Numbered from the stretch's first letter, positions 19,107 to 26,334 are shown. The stretch: DNA of 64,000 bases from a virus (IMGVR_UViG_3300042400_000444); one strand, 5' to 3'. Notes: generated by a model from the sequence alone, not told the origin. Translations and numbers: made by a program.

Positions 19107-19466
19107 AGAATTTGCAGAGCGCGGTGCTAGTCTAGCCTCGAGGCATAATCCAAGTTAGTTGCAACTAGCAACAGATTGTGAAAACTAGACAACAAGGTTC
19201 GATTCCTTACTGCATCTTATTTTATGTCGCAGTTCCAGTTACACTAATCTCTCAGTTAAAAGCTGTTAGTGTGTAAAGGATACGAGAAAGTCAACTTCTT
19301 CTGGGTAGACTGTGACGCCAAACACGAGGAGTGTTCACCTCTATAAAAACGAGCCAATATTTTTACACTAAAGGAAAAACAGTTATGAAGGTAACTAAAC
19401 TTTAGTGTCGTCTTTAATCCCATGTATGATTAAGGATAGGCACGTTAAACATCTTTATACATATAT

Positions 19467-19541
19467 GGGGGTATAATTCAATGGCTAGAATATCCGGCTT
19501 TTACCCGGACTATCAGAGTTCAAATCTCTGTGCCCTCACCA
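19467..19541 (+). tRNA. tRNA-Lys (anticodon TTT)
   Basis: Acceptor GGGGGTA/TGCCCTC with G-U pairs, anticodon arm TCCGG-CTTTTAC-CCGGA, T-arm CAGAG-TTCAAAT-CTCTG, CCA. Confidence 0.7.
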
Positions 19542-19655
19542 TAAGAAAGTATATTACTGACGCCTCAGAGAAGAGTTCCGGTAGCTCAGTATCGATTAAT
19601 AACTAAGTCAGCAGTTGGGTTCGCTGAATGTAGTGTACTTCCTTATGGTATCAAT

Positions 19656-19732
19656 GGTGACCGTAGCTCAGTTGGTAGAGTCCAGGATTGTGATTCCTGT
19701 TGTCGTGGGTTCGAGCCCCATCGGTCACCCCA
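19656..19732 (+). tRNA. tRNA-His (anticodon GTG) with extra 5' G(-1)
   Basis: G+GTGACCG/CGGTCAC, D-arm GCTC-AGTTGGTA-GAGT, anticodon arm CAGGA-TTGTGAT-TCCTG, CCA. Confidence 0.75.
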
Positions 19733-19790
19733 AGTTTTAATATGGCTTCCGTCCGTAGAATACTGCTTGCAGTCGGCTCGGAAGTTCTTT

Positions 19791-19868
19791 GGCACTTTAG
19801 CATAGCTGGCTTAATGCGCTACCCTGTCACGGTAGAGATCACGGATTCGAATTCCGTAAGTGTCGCCA
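19791..19868 (+). tRNA. tRNA-Asp (anticodon GTC)
   Basis: Acceptor GGCACTT/AAGTGTC, anticodon arm CTACC-CTGTCAC-GGTAG, T-arm ACGGA-TTCGAAT-TCCGT, CCA. Confidence 0.75.
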
Positions 19869-19874
19869 ACTTAT

Positions 19875-19948
19875 TCCGGTGTAGTATAATGGCAGTGCGA
19901 CGGTCTCCAAAACCGTTAGTGGGGGTTCGATTCCCTCCACCGGAGCCA
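19875..19948 (+). tRNA. tRNA-Trp (anticodon CCA)
   Basis: Acceptor TCCGGTG/CACCGGA, anticodon arm ACGGT-CTCCAAA-ACCGT, T-loop TTCGATT, CCA. Confidence 0.7.
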
Positions 19949-19962
19949 GTTTCAAATAGTGG

Positions 19963-19991
19963 TTGACAGCAAATATCAAAAATGCTACACT
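19963..19991 (+). promoter_or_regulatory. sigma70-type promoter inside the tRNA island
   Basis: TTGACA-N17-TACACT. Confidence 0.5.
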
Positions 19992-20021
19992 ATATAGATA
20001 GTAACAAATAAGTAAATGGAA

Positions 20022-20074
20022 GAAAGCCGTAACAATATGTATTCGAGGTTAGGAGAGTACGGCAAACCGTCCAA
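20022..20074 (+). ncRNA. conserved 52-nt structured element, copy 1 (second copy at 23301)
   Basis: GAAAGCcGTAACAaTATGTATTCGAGGTTAGGAGAGTACgGCAAACCG. The GCCGTA/TACGGC stem covaries with GCTGTA/TACAGC in copy 2. Could alternatively encode a 14-15-aa peptide MYSRLGEY(G/S)KP. Confidence 0.4.
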
Positions 20075-20168
20075 GGGTAGCTGATGCCTGTGGTGCAACT
20101 CCACCGTTGAAATCAGTCATGATTCTGCACATGATAACAGGCCTGTATTTGGCCGCAGAACTTTTATC

Positions 20169-20242
20169 GCGGTGGTGGGCTAATTGGCAAGCCGTAGGGC
20201 TCATAACCCTGAGACGAGGTTCGAATCCTCCGACCGCAACCA
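20169..20242 (+). tRNA. tRNA with CAT anticodon (Met/Ile2 class), slightly non-canonical
   Basis: D-arm GGCT-AATTGGCA-AGCC, anticodon arm TAGGG-CTCATAA-CCCTG, T-loop TTCGAAT. Acceptor GCGGTGG/CGACCGC has one G-G mismatch. 3' ACCA. Confidence 0.5.
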
Positions 20243-20260
20243 AATACACAGGGGAATAAC

Positions 20261-20428
20261 ATGGCAATTAAAAAAGCAAACTCAATGACTACACGTACAG
20301 GCAAACCTAGACTAGGTCCACTGAATTTAACCCAACTAAATACATTGTTGGATAAAACTAGCAAAGGTAAAGATAAAGCAAAACTCCGTAATAGAATTGC
20401 TGTATTGGAATCACGCTTAGTTAAATAA
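20261..20428 (+). CDS. small basic protein (55 aa)
   Basis: RBS CAGGGGAATAACATG. K/R-rich. Confidence 0.35.
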   Translation: MAIKKANSMTTRTGKPRLGPLNLTQLNTLLDKTSKGKDKAKLRNRIAVLESRLVK

Positions 20429-20434
20429 GTTTTT

Positions 20435-20519
20435 GCCGGGTTGCGCCGAATGGGATGGCACCTGACTTGTAATCAGGCTTCGTAAGATAGAGAGTGTTCG
20501 ATTCACTCACCCGGCACCA
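20435..20519 (+). tRNA. type-II-architecture tRNA (long variable arm, 3-bp D-stem) with apparent TGT (Thr) anticodon
   Basis: Acceptor GCCGGGT/ACCCGGC perfect. Anticodon arm CCTGA-CTTGTAA-TCAGG. Variable arm CTTCGTAAGATAGA. T-arm GAGTG-TTCGATT-CACTC. CCA. 85 nt. Confidence 0.55.
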
Positions 20520-20524
20520 GTAAT

Positions 20525-20599
20525 GCCCAGTTAGCAGAGTGGTAATGCGCCTCACTTGTAATGAGGATATCGGCGGTTCGATTCCGTCACTGGGCACCA
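20525..20599 (+). tRNA. tRNA-Thr (anticodon TGT)
   Basis: Acceptor GCCCAGT/ACTGGGC, anticodon arm CCTCA-CTTGTAA-TGAGG, T-arm GGCGG-TTCGATT-CCGTC, CCA. Confidence 0.7.
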
Positions 20600-20607
20600 A
20601 GTATTAA

Positions 20608-20692
20608 GCCTCTTTGGTGGAATTGGTATACACGTTGGTCTTAGAAGCCAATGCTGAAAGGCTTGAGAGTTCGAGTCTCTCAGGGGGCACCA
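20608..20692 (+). tRNA. tRNA-Leu (anticodon TAG), type II
   Basis: Acceptor GCCTCTT/AGGGGGC (G-U pairs), anticodon loop CTTAGAA, long variable arm, T-arm GAGAG-TTCGAGT-CTCTC, CCA. Confidence 0.65.
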
Positions 20693-20749
20693 AAAAATTT
20701 TATAGAGTAAAGTCTGATCGGTAAATACCCGTACAACGGAGATAAATTT

Positions 20750-21493
20750 ATGTTTGAATGGTATTGGGCGTTTGTATTCGGGTATATAGTACATACTATA
20801 ACAGTAATTGTAGTTTCAATTTTCCTGCATCGAATGTATGCACATAAGCACTTGTTATCCACGCCGGCATTTGATACAATGAGTCGAATTTGGTTATGGA
20901 TGGTAGGCGCATATTGGCCTAAAATTGCAAGAATATTTGCAGCAGTGCATAGAAAGCACCATGCTATGCCGGACACACTAGATGATCCACATACACCATG
21001 GATATATTCATGCCGTGAATTATTATTTCCTACGACAGACAGGGAAAAAGGCAAAGCATATTACATGCCGCCTGAAGAAAGAGATAGTATTGCAGGTGAT
21101 GTACCGGCATTCGATGATAAGTTGGATATATTCTTAATGAAGTATCTACCATACAGTAAGATACCATTGGTATTAGTATTCTTAACGTTATTTTCATGGC
21201 AAGGTGCTATAATTGGGTTTGTGTGGTTAACTATATCTCGGTACAGCGGAAGATTACATAATTGCGTATCGCACAAATATGGATATAGATGGCAACCAGC
21301 AAAAACAGAAGGTGACCGTTCAGTAAACTGCTTACCGATTGGGTTAGTATTCGGCGGTGAGGAATTAGGAGCCAATCATCATGATTATCCAGATTTGGTT
21401 AACTTTGCAATTAAGTGGTACGAATTTGATACAGGGTGGTATGTTGTTAAAGTATTAGAATTTTTTAAATTAGTAAAAATTGTTAAATCTTAA
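20750..21493 (+). CDS. membrane fatty-acid desaturase (stearoyl-CoA desaturase-like), paralogue 1
   Basis: His boxes HRMYAH, HRKHH(AMPD), NHHDYP. Hydrophobic N-terminal segments. Confidence 0.65.
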   Translation: MFEWYWAFVFGYIVHTITVIVVSIFLHRMYAHKHLLSTPAFDTMSRIWLWMVGAYWPKIARIFAAVHRKHHAMPDTLDDPHTPWIYSCRELLFPTTDREKGKAYYMPPEERDSIAGDVPAFDDKLDIFLMKYLPYSKIPLVLVFLTLFSWQGAIIGFVWLTISRYSGRLHNCVSHKYGYRWQPAKTEGDRSVNCLPIGLVFGGEELGANHHDYPDLVNFAIKWYEFDTGWYVVKVLEFFKLVKIVKS

Positions 21494-21638
21494 AGAAAAA
21501 ATTGCGAGTATGGTGGAATTGGTATACACAGTAAATGGTTGGAAATACCAATGGGTCAGCAAATAAAGGTAAACCCAAAAGTGAAGAGCATAAGAAAAAG
21601 ATTGCTGAATCAATAAAACAAAAATATGCTACAAGAAA

Positions 21639-21723
21639 TGCTCCGATGGCGTAATTGGTAGCCGCAATGGACTTAAAATTCATTATCGAAAGGTGTCCCG
21701 GTTCGACTCCGGGTCGGAGCACC
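21639..21723 (+). tRNA. tRNA-Leu (anticodon TAA), type II
   Basis: Acceptor GCTCCGA/TCGGAGC, anticodon arm ATGGA-CTTAAAA-TTCAT, long variable arm, T-arm CCCGG-TTCGACT-CCGGG, CCA. Confidence 0.7.
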
Positions 21724-21823
21724 AGAGTTTAGTTGCACAGTAAAAACACGAGTGATGGTGTGCGGGTTCAAATCCCGGTGGGGAGGTAAAAGCTCCCGGC
21801 TGCACTCAGACTAACAGTTTTAA

Positions 21824-21897
21824 AGCGGGATTAGTTTAATGGCAAAACTGGAGTTTTCCAAACTTCTGTCATCAGTTCGATTCTGATATCCCGCTCC
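21824..21897 (+). tRNA. tRNA-Gly (anticodon TCC)
   Basis: Acceptor GCGGGAT/ATCCCGC, D-arm GTTT-AATGGCA-AAAC, anticodon loop TTTCCAA, T-arm ATCAG-TTCGATT-CTGAT, CCA. Confidence 0.75.
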
Positions 21898-22173
21898 AAA
21901 CACTAGCTTTACACTTTGCGCTTTATCGAAAGTGGGTAATTGGCAATACCATAGCGCCAGGGCACACACGATGGTCTAGACCATGCCACAAGTCCCATTG
22001 CCGGGAGCCTTGAAAGTATCGTGGGTTATTTGTTGTTATATCCAAAAGATAACAGCTGGACAGGGTAACTACTCAGTTCTGGGCTAGGTGGTGCTAGTAG
22101 CAGAACACTTTACACTACAGCAATGTAGACGAACAGTATATATTATAGATTTACAAATTAGATAAGAAGTAAA

Positions 22174-22249
22174 TGGGGGTGTAGCTCATTTGGGAGAGCG
22201 CCTGCTTTGCAAGCAGGATGTAGCAAGTTCGATCCTTGTCACCTCCACC
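22174..22249 (+). tRNA. tRNA-Ala (anticodon TGC)
   Basis: Acceptor GGGGGTG/CACCTCC with G3-U70, D-arm GCTC-ATTTGGGA-GAGC, anticodon arm CCTGC-TTTGCAA-GCAGG, CCA. Confidence 0.75.
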
Positions 22250-22255
22250 ATATTA

Positions 22256-22331
22256 TAGGAGATTAGCTCATTTGGTAGAGCAGTGCCCTTACAAGGCAAA
22301 GGCGACTGGATCGTAACCAGTATCTCCTACC
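22256..22331 (+). tRNA. tRNA-Val (anticodon TAC), unusual T-loop ATCGTAA
   Basis: Acceptor AGGAGAT/ATCTCCT, D-arm GCTC-ATTTGGTA-GAGC, anticodon loop CTTACAA, T-arm ACTGG-ATCGTAA-CCAGT, CCA. Confidence 0.6.
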
Positions 22332-22345
22332 AGTTTTAAGTTTTA

Positions 22346-22424
22346 TTCCGCAGAATCCGAGCTAGGCGCACGGACTTGACTGTTAATCAATGATTAGCTG
22401 GGTTCGAATCCCAGATGCGGAGCC
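22346..22424 (+). tRNA. tRNA-Asn (anticodon GTT)
   Basis: Acceptor TCCGCAG/ATGCGGA (6/7), D-stem TCCG/CGGA, anticodon loop CTGTTAA, T-arm CTGGG-TTCGAAT-CCCAG, CCA. Confidence 0.6.
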
Positions 22425-22482
22425 AATATTATTTGGTAGAGCAATAGACTGAGCTAAATAAACATATAACGGAGTTATTGAT

Positions 22483-23106
22483 ATGTTTACTTGTGTGTAT
22501 TGTTCTAAAGTATGTAAAAATGATAATAGTCATCGAAATCATGAAAGACAATGTCCTAAAAATCTTAACAGGATTTATAAAAATGGAATGACTGGTAAAA
22601 CGGCATGGAACAAAGGACTTACAGTTGCTACTGATGAACGAGTGGCTAAAAATGCTATAGCAATTAAAGCAAATGCTAAAGAAATTGGTAAATGTAAAGA
22701 TCCAGAGAAGGAAGTATTACGTAGACAAAAATTGTCAATCGCTGCAAAAAGAAGCGGATTTGGCGGATACAGAGAAAACGCAGGACGCAGTAAAAAATTT
22801 AGAGTGTTAGATTCTTACGGTAAAGAAACAGTTTTACAAAGCACATATGAATTAAAGTGTAGTGAAATATTAAATGAGTTGGGCATTGAATGGATTCGAC
22901 CCAAAGCATTAAAATATGATAATAAAAATTATTTTGCGGACTTTTACTTACCTAAGATAGATATGTATCTTGATCCTAAGAATAGTTATAAAGCAAGATT
23001 AGATTTAGAAAAAATAAACAAAGTTATAGAACAAAATAATGTTAAAGTTGTAATCTTATTAGAAGAACACCTAACATTAGAACATATTAAACAGCTCTGT
23101 AGTTAA
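22483..23106 (+). CDS. putative homing-endonuclease-like protein (zinc finger plus NUMOD-like segment)
   Basis: N-terminal CVYCSKVCKNDNSHRNHERQC zinc finger. GKTAWNKGLT is NUMOD3-like. AT-rich gene inside the tRNA island. Its 3' end overlaps the start of tRNA-Ile. Confidence 0.4.
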   Translation: MFTCVYCSKVCKNDNSHRNHERQCPKNLNRIYKNGMTGKTAWNKGLTVATDERVAKNAIAIKANAKEIGKCKDPEKEVLRRQKLSIAAKRSGFGGYRENAGRSKKFRVLDSYGKETVLQSTYELKCSEILNELGIEWIRPKALKYDNKNYFADFYLPKIDMYLDPKNSYKARLDLEKINKVIEQNNVKVVILLEEHLTLEHIKQLCS

Positions 23107-23166
23107 ATGGTATAACGGACGCTTGATAAGCGTTTATTACAAGTTCAATTCTTGTCAGAGCTACCA
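23093..23166 (+). tRNA. tRNA-Ile (anticodon GAT)
   Basis: Acceptor AGCTCTG/CAGAGCT, D-arm GTTA-AATGGTA-TAAC, anticodon arm GACGC-TTGATAA-GCGTT, T-arm ACAAG-TTCAATT-CTTGT, CCA. First 14 nt lie inside the upstream CDS. Confidence 0.7.
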
Positions 23167-23300
23167 AGTATTCCAACCGCATCACGTTTAGGGTGAAGTA
23201 GGGCGTGTTAACAAAACCCTGTAAGATCAAAAATACCTATCAAGGCAAGGAGGAATCACAGCGCAAGCTGAAGACGACTGCGGTGACTTGCTAAAAGGGA

Positions 23301-23353
23301 GAAAGCTGTAACATTATGTATTCGAGGTTAGGAGAGTACAGCAAACCGCCCAA
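23301..23353 (+). ncRNA. conserved 52-nt structured element, copy 2
   Basis: GAAAGCtGTAACAtTATGTATTCGAGGTTAGGAGAGTACaGCAAACCG. Compensatory C>T/G>A relative to copy 1 preserves the 6-bp stem. Confidence 0.4.
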
Positions 23354-23476
23354 CTCATAATACACCAGACCTCAACCTCGCAAGAGACAATTCTGGTTCC
23401 GCTGACGCGAAAAGAGGATGGGCTGCGCTCACGGGGTTTGTTAGGTTCCTGTCACATGAATACCTAACACTTATTT

Positions 23477-23564
23477 GGAGGATTGGCTGAGTGGTTTAAG
23501 GCAGCAGTCTTGAAAACTGTCGAGCTGAAAGGCTCCGTGAGTTCGAATCCCACATCCTCCGCCA
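23477..23564 (+). tRNA. tRNA-Ser (anticodon TGA), type II
   Basis: Acceptor GGAGGAT/ATCCTCC, anticodon arm GCAGT-CTTGAAA-ACTGT, variable arm CGAGC-TGAAAG-GCTCCG, CCA. Confidence 0.65.
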
Positions 23565-23569
23565 AATAC

Positions 23570-23598
23570 TTGACAACGTTCTAAAACGGTGTTATAAT
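23570..23598 (+). promoter_or_regulatory. sigma70-type promoter
   Basis: TTGACA-N17-TATAAT. Confidence 0.55.
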
Positions 23599-23618
23599 AG
23601 TTTTATAGTAAGAAATTA

Positions 23619-23712
23619 GGAGAGCTGGCCGAGTGGTCGAAGGCACTTCCCTGCTAAGGAAGCATACGGGCTTAACCCTGTATCGAGGGTTCGAATCTCA
23701 CCGCTTCCGCCA
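23619..23712 (+). tRNA. tRNA-Ser(GCT)-like with non-pairing acceptor stem (possible pseudogene)
   Basis: D-arm and anticodon arm CTTCC-CTGCTAA-GGAAG, long variable arm, T-loop TTCGAAT. The 5' end GGAGAGC does not pair with the 3' end CGCTTCC. Ends GCCA. Confidence 0.35.
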
Positions 23713-23730
23713 ATTTTATTAAGGACTGAT

Positions 23731-24147
23731 ATGTTGCGCACTGTGGTATTATCGTTGGCACTTTTGTTTACAATTACAGCACATGCTGAAGATTGGGCAG
23801 TAGTAACTGATTCGGGTGATGGAGTACGTTTAATTGCTGATGTTGAATCAGTAAAGGTTAAAGAATACAAAAAAGGTACTAAAAAAGGTACAGGTATATT
23901 TGTCAATATGCAATATGTAAACACCGACCTTATATTTGTATCTGCTATTGATGTTGAAGAATGCTTATTAAAGCAACGTGGCACATTAATTAATGCTTAC
24001 CCAAGCGGTGAATCCAATACATACTTTTGGGACATTAGCGGTGGCAAGATGTATGATGCACAAGGGCAATGGTTATGCGGTGCTGTATATGGCATACTTA
24101 AAAATAATAAAAAACAACCAAAACCTAAACCTAAAGTAACAATGTAA
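23731..24147 (+). CDS. secreted hypothetical protein (signal peptide)
   Basis: N-terminal MLRTVVLSLALLFTITAHA signal. 138 aa. KPKPK C-terminal tail. Confidence 0.45.
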   Translation: MLRTVVLSLALLFTITAHAEDWAVVTDSGDGVRLIADVESVKVKEYKKGTKKGTGIFVNMQYVNTDLIFVSAIDVEECLLKQRGTLINAYPSGESNTYFWDISGGKMYDAQGQWLCGAVYGILKNNKKQPKPKPKVTM

Positions 24148-24157
24148 TATAGCATTC

Positions 24158-24247
24158 GGAGAGTGGGCCGGACGGTAAGGCACCACCCTGCTAAGGTGTA
24201 CAACTCTTTAAACAGTTGACAGGGTTCGACTCCCTGACTCTCCGCCA
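24158..24247 (+). tRNA. tRNA-Ser (anticodon GCT), type II
   Basis: Acceptor GGAGAGT/ACTCTCC perfect, anticodon loop CTGCTAA, variable arm CAACT...AGTTG, T-arm AGGG-TTCGACT-CCCT, CCA. Confidence 0.7.
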
Positions 24248-24301
24248 TAAAATTGAGGATAACTAACCCTCAACTAAGTATGTATAATACACGAGAATTT
24301 A

Positions 24302-25642
24302 ATGAACGATAATAAAAAAATATGGCCTATTAAATCAGAGACATCGTGCTATTTAAAATGGTCATGGAGCACTATTTTCCTCACTAAAGGTACCACAGCC
24401 AGTTGTCATCGAACTGTACATTCAGATATTGATATTAATAATTTTAATAATTTTCATAATACTCCAAAAAAATTAGATGATCGAAAGCGTATGCTAGCTG
24501 GCAACTGGCCGGAAGAGAGCGAGTCTGATAAATTTGGAATTCCTGGATGTACTTATTGTAAAGATATAGAAGATCATGGTGGCACAAGTGATCGTACAGT
24601 GCAATTACGTCATCTCGAAGCAATGAGTGCAACACAAAATAATATATTGCCCGTAGAATTATTAACAGATCCAACAGCAACGGAAGTAACTCCTACAATA
24701 ATTGAAGTTTATTTTAATAATGTGTGCAACATGGCTTGTTTGTACTGCGGCCCTCATTTTAGTACTATGTGGGAAGAAGAAAATCGGAGATTTGGCATTA
24801 CAGAAGACGACGGTATATTAAATACACCGTTATGGAAACGTAATCCTACTCAATATAGTACGTTGCGTGATGGACTATTTACTTGGTTACGTGAACACGG
24901 AGATAAGATTTGGAACTTCGGTATGTTAGGTGGCGAACCTTTCTTCCAACAAGAATTTGACATGGTATTAGATCATTGGGAAAATTATCCTAATCCAAAT
25001 TTACTATTAACTATAGTTAGTAATTTAAAAATAGAACATACTCGATTTGTTGGTTACATTCAACGATTAAAACGTATGGTAGAAACTGGTAAGATTAAAA
25101 AATTAAATCTTAGTGCTAGTTTAGATTGTTGGGGACCCCCAGCAGAATATATTAGATGGGGATTAAATCTAATAGAGTGGGAGAAGAATTTTAATTATCT
25201 AGCACAAGCGGGGTTCGATGAATGGATTGTTTTGAATGTCAATATTACCATCACTCCATTAAGCATAAGGACATTGCCGGACTTGATTTATAAATTAAAC
25301 GAATTGGATAAACTTAGAGACCCAACACGTCATATTTGTATTAGTTTTATGCACGTTAATTCGCCGACACAACTAAACCCATTATGGTTTGGTGCTGGTG
25401 TATTTACAGAAGATATGATTAAGGTAGTGGATGCAATGCCGACAGGAACACAATACCAGCGTGATTATAAAGAATATATGCAAGGTATTGCTAACAGTAT
25501 AGAACAGACTCCACGAAATCCTGCCGCTATTCTTATGTTAGAAACATATCTAAATGAAATGGACCAGCGCAGGGGAACACATTGGCCAGAATTATTTCCG
25601 TGGCTAGTGAGACAATTTGAGTTAGCCCATTCGGAAATATAA
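24302..25642 (+). CDS. radical SAM enzyme (paralogue B)
   Basis: CNMACLYC is a CxxxCxxC motif. GGEPFF. N-terminal SCYLKW...ASCH motif shared with the ORF at 8818. 446 aa. Confidence 0.8.
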   Translation: MNDNKKIWPIKSETSCYLKWSWSTIFLTKGTTASCHRTVHSDIDINNFNNFHNTPKKLDDRKRMLAGNWPEESESDKFGIPGCTYCKDIEDHGGTSDRTVQLRHLEAMSATQNNILPVELLTDPTATEVTPTIIEVYFNNVCNMACLYCGPHFSTMWEEENRRFGITEDDGILNTPLWKRNPTQYSTLRDGLFTWLREHGDKIWNFGMLGGEPFFQQEFDMVLDHWENYPNPNLLLTIVSNLKIEHTRFVGYIQRLKRMVETGKIKKLNLSASLDCWGPPAEYIRWGLNLIEWEKNFNYLAQAGFDEWIVLNVNITITPLSIRTLPDLIYKLNELDKLRDPTRHICISFMHVNSPTQLNPLWFGAGVFTEDMIKVVDAMPTGTQYQRDYKEYMQGIANSIEQTPRNPAAILMLETYLNEMDQRRGTHWPELFPWLVRQFELAHSEI

Positions 25643-25672
25643 CACAATTCATTATTAAACACAGGAGCATTA

Positions 25673-25777
25673 TATGTTATTTCTAATCTTAAAAAGCGCA
25701 GTAGTTGTTGCAATAGCATTTTGCGCATTAATTCTAGAAGTATTCATATTAGTGTGGATCGCAAACAAACTAAAATA
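25673..25777 (+). CDS. 34-aa hydrophobic peptide (single predicted TM helix) directly downstream of radical SAM paralogue B
   Basis: RBS ACAGGAGCATTATATG. MLFLILKSAVVVAIAFCALILEVFILVWIANKLK. Confidence 0.3.
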
Positions 25778-25785
25778 GTTTAATT

Positions 25786-25876
25786 GCTCCTGTAGTTTAA
25801 CGGTAAAACAGCGGGCTTATACCCCGTAACAACAGATAATTGGCTGATCAAGGTTCGAATCCTACCACTTCCGCCA
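25786..25876 (+). tRNA. tRNA-like (apparent TAT anticodon, 21-nt variable region) with non-pairing acceptor ends
   Basis: D-arm GTTT-AACGGTA-AAAC, anticodon arm GCGGG-CTTATAC-CCCGT, T-loop TTCGAAT. The 3' tail CACTTCCGCCA has no complementary 5' strand. Confidence 0.3.
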
Positions 25877-26004
25877 AAACAACCGAGAACGCCTCTTAAC
25901 AATGCGCAACATCAAACGTGGATTTACACGTGACGCTATAGGACGCTATAGTCTACGGTCCTCCGGGAGGATAACTCCCAACTTATTCTAAAAGTATCAG
26001 TAAT

Positions 26005-26080
26005 ACCCTCTTCGCCAAGTTGGTAAGGCAACAGGTTTTGATCCTGTCATTCGGTGGTTCGAGTCCATCAGGGGGTGCCA
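26005..26080 (+). tRNA. tRNA-Gln (anticodon TTG)
   Basis: Acceptor ACCCTCT/AGGGGGT, anticodon arm ACAGG-TTTTGAT-CCTGT, T-arm GGTGG-TTCGAGT-CCATC, CCA. Confidence 0.65.
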
Positions 26081-26086
26081 AACAAT

Positions 26087-26163
26087 GTATGTGTGTAGCT
26101 GAATGGATAAGCTGCGGATTGCAACCCCGTATTATGCAGGTTCGACCCCTGTCACATACTCCA
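26087..26163 (+). tRNA. tRNA-Cys (anticodon GCA), probable
   Basis: Acceptor GTATGTG/CACATAC perfect, anticodon loop TTGCAAC, T-arm GCAGG-TTCGACC-CCTGT, CCA. Confidence 0.55.
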
Positions 26164-26173
26164 CTTTCAATAT

Positions 26174-26250
26174 AGAGATGTAGCATAGTGGCCTAATGCA
26201 CTTGCTTCATACGCAAGCTACCGTAGGTTCAAATCCTACCATCTCTACCA
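26174..26250 (+). tRNA. tRNA-Met (anticodon CAT)
   Basis: Acceptor AGAGATG/CATCTCT, D-arm GCAT-AGTGGCCTA-ATGC, anticodon arm CTTGC-TTCATAC-GCAAG, T-arm GTAGG-TTCAAAT-CCTAC, CCA. Confidence 0.75.
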
Positions 26251-26256
26251 AACAAT

Positions 26257-26326
26257 GCCCCCGCCGATGGACGGACTTTGGCCTTCGAAGCCGAAAGAAG
26301 CGGTTCGATACCGTTCGGGGGCTCCA
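26257..26326 (+). tRNA. tRNA-Arg (anticodon TCG) with reduced D-arm (70 nt)
   Basis: Acceptor GCCCCCG/CGGGGGC, anticodon arm TTGGC-CTTCGAA-GCCGA, T-arm AGCGG-TTCGATA-CCGTT, CCA. Confidence 0.5.
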
Positions 26327-26334
26327 ACAATTAT

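Noticed and set aside
19700-19966. 88-aa + strand ORF
   Set aside because: Spans tRNA-His, tRNA-Asp and tRNA-Trp. tRNA structures are far better supported.
20049-21054. Minus-strand ORFs 20049-20267, 20164-20364, 20552-20794, 20680-21054
   Set aside because: Overlap tRNA genes and the desaturase gene on the opposite strand. No RBS. Cys/Pro-rich artefactual translations.
24248-24300. Promoter upstream of radical SAM paralogue B
   Set aside because: A TATAAT is present (24282-24287) but no acceptable -35 at 16-18 bp. May be transcribed from the 23570 promoter through the tRNAs.
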